A stretch of DNA of 35,833 bases from Clostridia bacterium (GCA_045536095.1 JAZSMW010000121.1:1-35833); one strand, 5' to 3'; positions 27,308-35,469 are shown, counted from the stretch's first letter. Numbers and translations are program-made. The notes: generated by a model from the letters alone, not told the origin.

Positions 27308-27625
27308 ATGTTCAGCAAAAGGCTTTCTACTTGTGACATACAAGAATTTTTAACCACATATTTACATAAAAAAGTTAAAAAAATAAATTCCAATTTAAAC
27401 ATGTCCGATTTTGATGACCCAAACAAAACTTTTTGTGCAACCGCAAAACTTAAAACAGCCGACACTATTTTTGGCAAAAATATTCGTATTTTATTTAATG
27501 ATACAACATTTGTTATTTATGAAAATGATATAAAGCTAACATACAATCTTTCTTGGAAAAATTTTATGATAAAAAAATTTGGTGCCGACTATAAAGCTAA
27601 ATATAACTTAGATAGGCAAAAATAA
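27308..27625 (+). CDS. Small paralog 1 of 4 (105 aa), unknown family
   Basis: The shared motifs are L..(D/E)I..FL at the N-terminus and W..F...KFG..Y at the C-terminus. The stop overlaps the next start (TAATG). Confidence 0.65.
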   Translation: MFSKRLSTCDIQEFLTTYLHKKVKKINSNLNMSDFDDPNKTFCATAKLKTADTIFGKNIRILFNDTTFVIYENDIKLTYNLSWKNFMIKKFGADYKAKYNLDRQK

Positions 27626-27924
27626 TGACAGAACTTAAATTTGCAAATCGTCTTACCAAATTAGAAATATTAGAGTTTTTAAACAGTGTTAACATATATC
27701 CAAAAAAAATAAAAGTTGATATCAAACTAAATGGATGTTTGGGCTCTATTGGCTTAAATATAACTTATTTCATAACACCAAATCACGCCCTATATGCAAC
27801 ATGCAACGACTACTCTTTTATAGCCTCAACAAAATGCTTAAACTTATCAAGCCAATGGGTTAAATTTTTAGAAAAAAAGTTTGGGAAAATATACATAAAT
27901 AGTACTAATACACAATCAAAATAA
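27625..27924 (+). CDS. Small paralog 2 of 4 (99 aa)
   Basis: It carries LTKLEILEFL ... WVKFLEKKFGKIY. Confidence 0.65.
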   Translation: MTELKFANRLTKLEILEFLNSVNIYPKKIKVDIKLNGCLGSIGLNITYFITPNHALYATCNDYSFIASTKCLNLSSQWVKFLEKKFGKIYINSTNTQSK

Positions 27925-27934
27925 TGGAGTAATT

Positions 27935-28282
27935 ATGACAAACAAAACAAACTACGCAAAACTTTTAAAAAAAGAAGATATTATTAGGTTTTTAACCGAC
28001 AGTGCAATTTCTACACATATTGCCTCTAATGATTTATCAAACATAAAATTATTAGGCCTTTTTTCTCTTACAAATGAACTTATAGAAATTCAAGTAACCA
28101 ATAAAAATTCTCATGGCCAAGAAGTTGTTATTGCTCGTTTTTCAGATTTTATGTTTGAAACTGCAAACGGAGAATTTAAGTTTAATGAAGAGTGGCGTAG
28201 GTTTTTAAAAAGGCTGTTTGGTCAACCATATGTAGATGCCTATAAAAAATGGATTGTAGAATCCCTTTCTGAAATTAAATAA
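27935..28282 (+). CDS. Small paralog 3 of 4 (115 aa)
   Basis: It carries LKKEDIIRFL ... WRRFLKRLFGQPY. A GGAG RBS is present. Confidence 0.65.
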   Translation: MTNKTNYAKLLKKEDIIRFLTDSAISTHIASNDLSNIKLLGLFSLTNELIEIQVTNKNSHGQEVVIARFSDFMFETANGEFKFNEEWRRFLKRLFGQPYVDAYKKWIVESLSEIK

Positions 28283-28298
28283 TAAGGAGGACCCAACC

Positions 28299-28652
28299 AT
28301 GCAATTTGTAAATAAATTAACTTATAATGACTTTTATAATTTTTTTAAAAGAAAGCATATAACAATTAAAAAGCTAACAATTACTTCTAAAAAACCAACT
28401 TGTTTTTTAGATAAAGACAGCATTGGTTTTAGCATTTTAACCGATCAAAACAAAACAATAACTTTTACCGTTTCCGATTATAGTCTTATATCCAATTGTT
28501 ATTATTTTGACGAATGCTGGCAAATATTTTTATACGAAAAATTTGGGGAGGTTTACGCAATCGCCCAAAAAGAGCATTTTAAAAACTTAACAAAAAACAA
28601 AATTTATATTAAAAGAGCTCAAGCATATTTACCAACAACATTAATAAAATAA
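28299..28652 (+). CDS. Small paralog 4 of 4 (117 aa)
   Basis: It carries LTYNDFYNFF ... WQIFLYEKFGEVY. An AAGGAGG RBS is present. Confidence 0.65.
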   Translation: MQFVNKLTYNDFYNFFKRKHITIKKLTITSKKPTCFLDKDSIGFSILTDQNKTITFTVSDYSLISNCYYFDECWQIFLYEKFGEVYAIAQKEHFKNLTKNKIYIKRAQAYLPTTLIK

Positions 28653-28677
28653 CAATAACCTTTAAACCTTTTAAAAT

Positions 28678-28713
28678 AAAGAAACCACACAGTGTGTGGT
28701 TTCTTTGATTTTC
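28678..28713 (+). terminator. Rho-independent terminator of the paralog operon
   Basis: The 13-bp stem AAAGAAACCACAC / GTGTGGTTTCTTT (28678-28706) is followed by GATTTT. Confidence 0.8.
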
Positions 28714-28796
28714 TACCTATAATATTACACAGAACACAAACTTGTCTTTCTCTCTTGTAATACACTATTTGCTTGTAAAAAAATTTAAATTAACAC

Positions 28797-28825
28797 AAAA
28801 AAATAGCGGTTACCGCTATTTTTTA
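28797..28825. terminator. Bidirectional terminator downstream of the 253-aa LRR gene
   Basis: The stem-loop ATAGCGG-TTA-CCGCTAT (28803-28819) is flanked by A7 and T6 runs. Confidence 0.75.
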
Positions 28826-28834
28826 TTTAGTATT

Positions 28835-29596
28835 TTATCGTATAGAATCATTATTTGTTTTTGCGACATCATCTCTTGTAAATTTTTTGTTTAATGTTTT
28901 ATATTCCTCCAATTTTGGAAAATGACTAAAAAGATATCTTGCCAAATCTAACGAATAATCTGTTCTATATGGTGTTTGTATTTGTTTTACATTGGTACAC
29001 CCTTCAAACACAGTCCAGTTCTCTAAAGATAATTCTCTTGGTATAAAAATTTCTTCTAAGCTAGTGCATCTTGCAAATGCATTAGATTGGAATTGGCAAA
29101 ACCCACCCAATGAAGGTGTAAAATAAATGTTTTTCAAGCTTGTGCAATCTGCAAATGCATTCATGCCCAAAACTTTTAAATCACTTGGCAAGCTAACTCC
29201 TGTTAAACTTGTGCATTTAGAAAATGCGCTATCACCGATTTTAGTCACCTTGTCTGGTATCTTTATGCTTTCTAAGCGTTCACAGCCACTAAAACACTTA
29301 AGCCCTATTTCTTTTAAACTTCTTGGCAACTCTACTTTTTTTAAACTTGTACAATCTTTAAAAGCACCAATTCCTATTGATGTTACACCTTCTGACACAA
29401 CAACCTCTTCAAGATTTGAAAGATAGCTAAAACCACTAATTGCCTCCGCACCTGGCAATAGTTCTACCTTAAAAACCGCAGGACTAAGTTCATTGTCTGC
29501 ACAAATTTCGTCAAAATCTTTGCTTGTTATCGAAGCTTTTTTTACAGTACCATTAATGTTTATATAAAGCACTAAAACTTCATCTAAATTGCTCAT
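28835..29596 (-). CDS. Cytoplasmic BspA-type LRR protein, short paralog (253 aa)
   Basis: There is no signal peptide. The N-terminal module is LDEVLVLYININGTVKKASITSKDFDEI.ADNEL. About six AF..C.SL..V.LP units follow. The C-terminal module is LARYLFSHFPKLEEYKT.NKKFTRDDV. Confidence 0.75.
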   Translation of the reverse strand: MSNLDEVLVLYININGTVKKASITSKDFDEICADNELSPAVFKVELLPGAEAISGFSYLSNLEEVVVSEGVTSIGIGAFKDCTSLKKVELPRSLKEIGLKCFSGCERLESIKIPDKVTKIGDSAFSKCTSLTGVSLPSDLKVLGMNAFADCTSLKNIYFTPSLGGFCQFQSNAFARCTSLEEIFIPRELSLENWTVFEGCTNVKQIQTPYRTDYSLDLARYLFSHFPKLEEYKTLNKKFTRDDVAKTNNDSIR

Positions 29597-29617
29597 ATTT
29601 TCTCCCTCTATAGTATC

Positions 29618-29646
29618 ATTATATCACCAGCCCATAAAAAAGTCAA
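29618..29646 (-). promoter_or_regulatory. Near-consensus extended -10 promoter of the 253-aa LRR gene
   Basis: On the minus strand the sequence reads TTGACT (29646-29641), a 17-nt spacer, then TGaTATAAT (-10 at 29623-29618). Confidence 0.75.
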
Positions 29647-29687
29647 CCCATACTTTCGCTTTTTGTCTACTTTAATTTAGTTTATAT

Positions 29688-29742
29688 ACGTGTGCTTGTC
29701 TGTTCGAGCAAGCGAGAACACTTGTATATGACAAGCACACGT
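29688..29742. repeat. GC-enriched 13-bp perfect inverted repeat enclosing a second hairpin
   Basis: The arms are ACGTGTGCTTGTC (29688-29700) and GACAAGCACACGT (29730-29742). The 29-nt spacer contains TGTTC...GAACA (29701-29720). It sits between two divergent promoters and no U-tract follows on either strand. Confidence 0.7.
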
Positions 29743-29841
29743 CTCGGTGCCAAAATATCTTTTTCAATAGATATACAAAATAAAAATTGTATGCTATAAT
29801 AAATTATCAGTCAATTGATAACTTAAAAAAGGACACGCAAT

Positions 29842-30798
29842 ATGAAAGAAATTTACAAAGATAGCACTTATAGTATTTATATTATTGAACCTAATGGAAA
29901 CGGATTTTATTTTCCTTATGTTATGTGTGTACCATCAAATCTACAAGATGGAGAAACATTGTTTGTTGAAACAAATAATGAAGAGAATCCAAATGAATTA
30001 AATAATTCAGCAAAATTTACTACGAAGAATATTTTAAATTTGATGAATGGGAGTTCAAATAAATCTCCCATAATAGTACCAATATTGCCTACAAACGGCA
30101 TTAATGGTAGACCTTATTTTCAGCAATTAAGTCATGAATGTTTTACAGATTCTTTACCTGAAAAACATCAAAGAATAGATTTGCAATTAGTAAGAATTAT
30201 AAATGATGCTAAAAATAAAATATTTGAAATAACTAACAAAAAAATGGAAGATAAGATTTTTATGCATGGATATTCTTCAAGTGGAGTATTTGCTCAGAGA
30301 TTTGCGCTTGCACAACCAGAATTAATTGGCGAATTGTGTATAGGTGGAGCAATAGGAAGTATTCCTATGCCAATGAGTGAGTATAATGGGTTTAAATTAG
30401 ATTATCCTGCAGGAATTAATAATTATCAAGAAATATTTGGAAAAGAATTTAATGTTGATGCATTTAAACTTATAAAGTTTAGATATTATGTTGCCGAAAA
30501 AGAAGCAGATAGATTAAGTAAAACTAGAGTTAAAGAAGATGGAAATCCAGCACCAATGCACGATATGTCATACATGGATAGAAGCATGTCAAGCAAAGTT
30601 GGACAAAATCTTAGAAATGCTTTTGGTTTAGATATGAATGAAAGGTGCAGAAATCAATTAAATATATATAAACAAATGGGTATAGATGTGTCAGCCCATG
30701 AACCATATAAAGGGATTATGCATAATGAAATAAGAAATTCAGCATTTAAGTATATAGATGATTGCTTAAGTGAAGTCATAAAAACCCCAATAATATAA
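29842..30798 (+). CDS. Putative alpha/beta-fold hydrolase (318 aa)
   Basis: It has a nucleophile-elbow-like motif, IFMHGYSSSGVFAQRFA (an atypical G-x-S-x-S). A TGcTATAAT extended -10 lies at 29792-29800. I am not certain of the family. Confidence 0.45.
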   Translation: MKEIYKDSTYSIYIIEPNGNGFYFPYVMCVPSNLQDGETLFVETNNEENPNELNNSAKFTTKNILNLMNGSSNKSPIIVPILPTNGINGRPYFQQLSHECFTDSLPEKHQRIDLQLVRIINDAKNKIFEITNKKMEDKIFMHGYSSSGVFAQRFALAQPELIGELCIGGAIGSIPMPMSEYNGFKLDYPAGINNYQEIFGKEFNVDAFKLIKFRYYVAEKEADRLSKTRVKEDGNPAPMHDMSYMDRSMSSKVGQNLRNAFGLDMNERCRNQLNIYKQMGIDVSAHEPYKGIMHNEIRNSAFKYIDDCLSEVIKTPII

Positions 30799-30804
30799 TA
30801 ATGC

Positions 30805-30839
30805 AAAAAAGAACTCAAATGTAACTGAGTTCTTTTTTT
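30805..30839. terminator. Bidirectional terminator between the hydrolase gene and the 373-aa LRR gene
   Basis: The stem is AGAACTCA (30810-30817) / TGAGTTCT (30826-30833), flanked by A6 and T7 runs. Confidence 0.8.
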
Positions 30840-30890
30840 GCTAGTTTCAAAAGGGATAACCCTTTATTTCTCTTTTTTTATTATTGCACA

Positions 30891-32012
30891 CTATTTATTG
30901 TGATTGTTTGTTCTGTTTGTTATATCTTCTTTTGTAAATGTTCCGTTTTCTGTTACAACACTTTCTAAACCTGCCAAATTGGTAAACAACCTCTTTGCCA
31001 ACGCTTCATCTGCTACAGGAGTTATCACCGTTTTTACTGATTTTAATTTAATAAATGAAAGCCAATTAACATCTCGTATGCCGTCTTGGATTTCCAAACA
31101 TGTTACATTGGAACAATTATCAAACGCGTTTATGGCTATTTGTGTTGCCCCATTTTGAATTGTTACTTTTTGTAAACCAGAACAATTTGCAAATGCTTTA
31201 GAACATATTGTTTTTACGCTTTTTGGTATTGCTATGCTTGTTAACCCAGTACAGCTAGAAAATGCAAAAACATCTATTTTGGTAACACTCTCTGGAATAG
31301 ACACACTAGTTAAACCTGAGCACTTACTAAATGCAGACATTTCAATTTGTTTTACACTATTTGGAATTTCTATATGACTCAAACCAGTACATCCAGCAAA
31401 TGTATGCTTAGGTATAACCGCTAATTTTTTAGAAAGTTCTACACTTGTTAAACAGATGCACTCTGCAAATACAGCATTCCCCATATTTAATACGCTGTCT
31501 GGAATGACTACACTTCTTAAATTCGTGCATCCAGCAAATGTTTTATGAGGCAAATAAGTTATTTGGCTTGGAATTTCTACACTTTTTAATCTTTTACAAT
31601 TTAGAAAGGCGCTCTCCCCAATTTTTATTACTGAATTAGGAATTTGAATACCAGACAATCTTTCACATCCACAAAAAGCTTCATTTCCTATTTCATATAA
31701 ACCGTCTGGAATGTCTACTATCTCTAATTTGGAACAACCATGAAACGCCCTAGGTGATATTTTTCTTAATTTTTTTGGTAGAAAAACTTCTCTCAAGTTA
31801 GCAAAAGAACTAAACTCAAATACCCTTAAATTTTCTAAATCTCTATCATTGTTTATTTTAGTAAAAGAATCTAAAACCTCAATTTTATAAACGCAATCTG
31901 CAAGTTCTTTGTTTGCACGAATCTCGGCAAGGGATTCTTCTGTTACAACAACTTTCTTTAATTCTCCATTAATATTTAGATGCACCTCAGCAATTTCATG
32001 TATATTATCCAT
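30891..32012 (-). CDS. Cytoplasmic BspA-type LRR protein, paralog (373 aa)
   Basis: There is no signal peptide. The N-terminal module is MDNIHEIAEVHLNINGELKKVVVTEESLAEIRANKELADCVYKIEVL. About ten LRR_5-like units follow, then a conserved C-terminal module. Confidence 0.8.
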   Translation of the reverse strand: MDNIHEIAEVHLNINGELKKVVVTEESLAEIRANKELADCVYKIEVLDSFTKINNDRDLENLRVFEFSSFANLREVFLPKKLRKISPRAFHGCSKLEIVDIPDGLYEIGNEAFCGCERLSGIQIPNSVIKIGESAFLNCKRLKSVEIPSQITYLPHKTFAGCTNLRSVVIPDSVLNMGNAVFAECICLTSVELSKKLAVIPKHTFAGCTGLSHIEIPNSVKQIEMSAFSKCSGLTSVSIPESVTKIDVFAFSSCTGLTSIAIPKSVKTICSKAFANCSGLQKVTIQNGATQIAINAFDNCSNVTCLEIQDGIRDVNWLSFIKLKSVKTVITPVADEALAKRLFTNLAGLESVVTENGTFTKEDITNRTNNHNK

Positions 32013-32042
32013 ATTTTCTCCTTTTTAATTAATAGCTAATTT

Positions 32043-33335
32043 TTATCTAATATTACCAGTTCCGCTTTTTATATGTTCATTAGTAAATGTTCCCTTTTTT
32101 GTTACCACTCTTTCTAAACTGTGAAAATTAGTAAACAACCTCTTAGCCAACTCGTCATCTGCCAAAGGAACTATCATTGTTTTTAGCGTTTTTAAATGCA
32201 TGAACCAAAGCCACCCAACATCTCGTAATCCATCTTGAATTTCTAATGTTGTTATACCTTGGCAACCAACAAACGCTCTTTCGCTTATAAATGTTGCCCC
32301 GTTTTGAATTATTACATGCTGTAAACTAGAACAATTTCTAAAGGCACCAGAAATCACCCCTTTTACACTTTTTGGTATTGTCACACTTATTAACCCCGAA
32401 CATCCAGTAAAAGCCCACATGTCTATTTGCGTTACCCCTTCTGGAATAGAAACATTAGTTAAACCTGAACAGCCCATAAATGCAGATGATTCAATTCGCT
32501 TTACGCCTTCGGGAATTTCTACATATATTAAACTTTTGCAACCGGCAAAAGCACCTTCTGATATGGTAATTACGCCCTTAGGAATTACTACACTTGCCAA
32601 ACTCGTACAATCTGCAAATACCTTTCTCCCTATTTCTGACACGCTTTCTGGAATAGCTACACTTGTTAACTTAGTACATCCAGCAAATGTTGAATGGCGT
32701 AAAATAGTTACTTTGCTTGGTATTTCCACCTTACTTAAACTTTTACAATTTTTAAAAGCAAAATACCCAATTCTTCGTACTTCATTAGGAATTTTAATAT
32801 CTGCCAAACTTTCACATCCACAAAAAGCTTCATTCCCTATTTCATATAAACTTTCTGGAAGACTTATGTGGGTTAAACTTGTGCAACCTTTAAATGCGCC
32901 GGAGCCTATTCTGCCCACCCCCTCTGGAATACTTATGTTTGTTAAGCTGGAGCAACCTAGAAAAGCTGAACCTCCTATTTCTATTACCCCATCTGGAATT
33001 TTTACTGATGTTAAATTAGAACAACCATCAAATGAATGTTCAGAAATGCTTCTTAAATCTTTTGGCAAAACAATTTCTCTTAAATTAGTAAAATCACTAA
33101 AACCAAACTTACTTAATTTTTCTTCTTTATATATATAACCAAACGCATAAAGGTTTTGGCGTTCTCTATCAAGAGCTAATTTAATAAAACCATCTAAAAC
33201 TTCAATTTTAACAACACAATCTGCAAGTTCTTTGTTTGCACGAATCTCGGCAAGCGATTCTTCTGTTACAACAACTTTATTTAATTCTCCATTAATATTT
33301 AGATGCACCTCAGCAATTTCATAAATATTATCCAT
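32043..33335 (-). CDS. Cytoplasmic BspA-type LRR protein, paralog (430 aa)
   Basis: The N-terminal 43 aa are almost identical to the 373-aa paralog. More LRR units are present and the C-terminal module (LAKRLFTN...LE.VVT..GTFT.E.I) is shared. Confidence 0.8.
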   Translation of the reverse strand: MDNIYEIAEVHLNINGELNKVVVTEESLAEIRANKELADCVVKIEVLDGFIKLALDRERQNLYAFGYIYKEEKLSKFGFSDFTNLREIVLPKDLRSISEHSFDGCSNLTSVKIPDGVIEIGGSAFLGCSSLTNISIPEGVGRIGSGAFKGCTSLTHISLPESLYEIGNEAFCGCESLADIKIPNEVRRIGYFAFKNCKSLSKVEIPSKVTILRHSTFAGCTKLTSVAIPESVSEIGRKVFADCTSLASVVIPKGVITISEGAFAGCKSLIYVEIPEGVKRIESSAFMGCSGLTNVSIPEGVTQIDMWAFTGCSGLISVTIPKSVKGVISGAFRNCSSLQHVIIQNGATFISERAFVGCQGITTLEIQDGLRDVGWLWFMHLKTLKTMIVPLADDELAKRLFTNFHSLERVVTKKGTFTNEHIKSGTGNIR

Positions 33336-33355
33336 ATTACCTCTTATTTGCCTTT

Positions 33356-33384
33356 ATTTTATTACAAAATTATTAAAATGTCAA
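33356..33384 (-). promoter_or_regulatory. Sigma-A promoter of the two-gene LRR operon
   Basis: On the minus strand the sequence reads TTGACA (33384-33379), a 17-nt spacer, then TAAAAT (33361-33356). Confidence 0.65.
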
Positions 33385-33444
33385 GAATCTCTCAAAATGA
33401 AACCAGCCATATATATTACATAAATAATAATTAAATAACATTAT

Positions 33445-34851
33445 TTAAATTGTTTCTATTTTTACTAAATTTGTGTTTGTCATATTTCCGGTCCCTCCGG
33501 TTATAACAATGTTATCTCCAGCCTTTAAATTTGCCTCTTGTTTTGCAATTTGTGATGCGTTTTTAAAAAGCACATCTAATGTTTTATAATCTTCTGTTAA
33601 AATTGGTTTAACACCCCAGCAAAGAGATAACTTATGGAACATTTTACTATTAGTAACAAGACCTAAAATGTCTATTGGCGAACGGAATCTTGCAACCTTT
33701 TTAGCCGTTCTACCAGTTTTTGTACATGCAACAATTACCTTTGCATTTGTGTCTATTGCAAGCCCAATTGTTGCCCTAGAAATTGCATCTAAATTCGACT
33801 CTTTTTCCACCTCAAAAGTTTTAAACCTTTTAATATAATTAATATTATTTTCTGTTTCTTGCGCAATTTTACTCATAGTTTTTACAGCAAGAACAGGATG
33901 CTTACCCATTGCAGTTTCACCAGAAAGCATAATTGCAGTTGAACCATCATAAACAGCATTTGCAACATCCGATGCCTCTGCCCTTGTTGGTCTTGGGTTT
34001 TTAATCATGCTTTCTAGCATTTCTGTTGCAGTTATAACAATTTTACCTTTTTGTAGGCATTTGTTAATTAGGTATTTTTGAATTTGAGGAAGTTTTTCAA
34101 AATCTATTTCAACCCCCATATCTCCTCTACCAATTAAAATTCCAGCACATTCTTCTAAAATTTCATCTATGTTGTCTACACCTGCTTGGTTTTCTATTTT
34201 TGCTATAATATCAATTTGTTCCCCACCGTTTTTATTTAAAAGTTTTCTCACATTTAAAACATCATTTTTGCAAGAAACAAACGAACACGCAATGTAGTCT
34301 ACATCATTTTTAATGCCAAACAAAATGTCTTCTTTATCTGTTTTAGAAATATATTTATTTTTTAAAACCTTTTTAGGAAAATTCATACTTTTTTTATCGG
34401 AAATTTCTCCACCATCAACAACCTTGCAAACAGCATCAGTTTGTGTAAGTTTTGTAACCATCAAAGAAATTAGCCCATCACATACTAAAACCACATCTCC
34501 CACTTGTAATTCGTTTATTAAATTTTTGTAATTAACCGAAACAATGGTTTCATCGCCCAAAACATTTCTTGTTGTTAACGTAAATTTTTGTCCTTCTTTT
34601 AAAAACTCTTTACCATTTTTAAAACAACCAATTCTATATTCCGGCCCCTTTGTGTCTAGCATTATGGCAATCGGTTTTTTTAATTTTTCTCTAACTTTTT
34701 TTACATTATTAATTTTAACCAAATTATCTTGGTGCGTCCCATGTGAAAAATTTATTCTTGCAACATTCATTCCTGCATTTACCATTTCTTCAATTATATT
34801 AACGCTTTCGCATGCTGGCCCAATTGTACAAATAACTTTTGTTTTTTTCAT
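33445..34851 (-). CDS. pyk: Pyruvate kinase
   Basis: The sequence reads MKKTKVICTIGPA...MNVARINFSHG...MLDTKGPEIR-like...GDMGVEI. I trimmed the ORF to the ATG at 34851, which follows an AAGGTGGGG RBS. Confidence 0.93.
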   Translation of the reverse strand: MKKTKVICTIGPACESVNIIEEMVNAGMNVARINFSHGTHQDNLVKINNVKKVREKLKKPIAIMLDTKGPEYRIGCFKNGKEFLKEGQKFTLTTRNVLGDETIVSVNYKNLINELQVGDVVLVCDGLISLMVTKLTQTDAVCKVVDGGEISDKKSMNFPKKVLKNKYISKTDKEDILFGIKNDVDYIACSFVSCKNDVLNVRKLLNKNGGEQIDIIAKIENQAGVDNIDEILEECAGILIGRGDMGVEIDFEKLPQIQKYLINKCLQKGKIVITATEMLESMIKNPRPTRAEASDVANAVYDGSTAIMLSGETAMGKHPVLAVKTMSKIAQETENNINYIKRFKTFEVEKESNLDAISRATIGLAIDTNAKVIVACTKTGRTAKKVARFRSPIDILGLVTNSKMFHKLSLCWGVKPILTEDYKTLDVLFKNASQIAKQEANLKAGDNIVITGGTGNMTNTNLVKIETI

Positions 34852-35000
34852 ATCCCCACCTTTACTAATATAGTTATACCACAAAAAAAACAATTGTAAA
34901 AGTTTTTTATAACTCTTATTAACTTTTTATTTAAACGTTTCTTTAATATACCAAAATAACTTTTAAGGTCCCCCGCAAAAGGCAAGAAAAAAAAGAGGGT

Positions 35001-35060
35001 TTAACCTCTTTTTTCTTGTCCACAAACATCTTGTTTTACCGATTTTGTGTTTTTTCCCAT
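35001..35060 (-). CDS. Candidate small ORF (19 aa, MGKNTKSVKQDVCGQEKRG)
   Basis: An AAGGGG RBS lies 7 nt before the ATG. A promoter reading TTGCAA, 17 nt, TACAAT lies ~25 nt upstream (plus 35084-35112). The stop codon is embedded in the strong hairpin at 34983-35018. It is below the ORF-track size cut-off. Confidence 0.25.
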   Translation of the reverse strand: MGKNTKSVKQDVCGQEKRG

Positions 35061-35163
35061 TTACTATCCCCTTTTTTTGTTATTGTAGCTTACTTTATCA
35101 ATTTTTGCAACTCATTTTATTTTTTTACAACTCAAAATCAGTAATTATATAAAATTTATAATT

Positions 35164-35199
35164 AAAAAAAGCACAAACAGAATTTCTTCTTATTTGTGC
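35164..35199 (-). terminator. Rho-independent terminator after the khpA-like gene
   Basis: On the minus strand the sequence reads GCACAAA, a 15-nt loop, TTTGTGC, then a T7 run. Confidence 0.75.
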
Positions 35200-35238
35200 G
35201 ATAGTTTAAAATTGCATCTTAACTATAAATTATGCAAT

Positions 35239-35469
35239 TTACTTGTTTATTTTAACATTATATCTGATTTTTTCTTTTGCAGAAACAGATTTAACAATTG
35301 CACGAATGCTTTGCGCAATTCTACCATTTTTGCCAATAACTTTACCAACATCCTCTGGAGCAACTGTTACCATAATGTTTATTTCGTCACCTTCTCGGTT
35401 AGACTCAATTTTTACTTCTTCTTCATTGTCAACTAAATTTGTTACAATGTATTTAACAAGTTCTTCCAT
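35239..35469 (-). CDS. khpA: KH-domain RNA-binding protein (UPF0109 / YlqC-KhpA family)
   Basis: It is 76 aa with the GKVIGKNGRIAQSIRAIV GxxG KH motif, and it lies directly downstream of rpsP as in many Firmicutes. Confidence 0.88.
   Translation of the reverse strand: MEELVKYIVTNLVDNEEEVKIESNREGDEINIMVTVAPEDVGKVIGKNGRIAQSIRAIVKSVSAKEKIRYNVKINK

Noticed and set aside
27248-29646. Shared promoter wording (TTGACT-N17-GTGATATAAT) in front of the paralog operon and the 253-aa LRR gene, considered as evidence of a dedicated regulon.
   Set aside because: The shared bases are simply the sigma-A extended -10 consensus. The spacers are unrelated, so the match indicates strong constitutive promoters rather than a specific common operator.
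32419-33138. Long + strand ORFs antisense to LRR genes: 32419-33138 (239 aa), 16682-17020, 29127-29426 and 30904-31158.
   Set aside because: They are shadow frames of the periodic LRR coding repeats on the opposite strand and translate to repetitive PSGI/KLVQ-type sequence. They have no RBS, and the minus-strand frames have clear family signatures.
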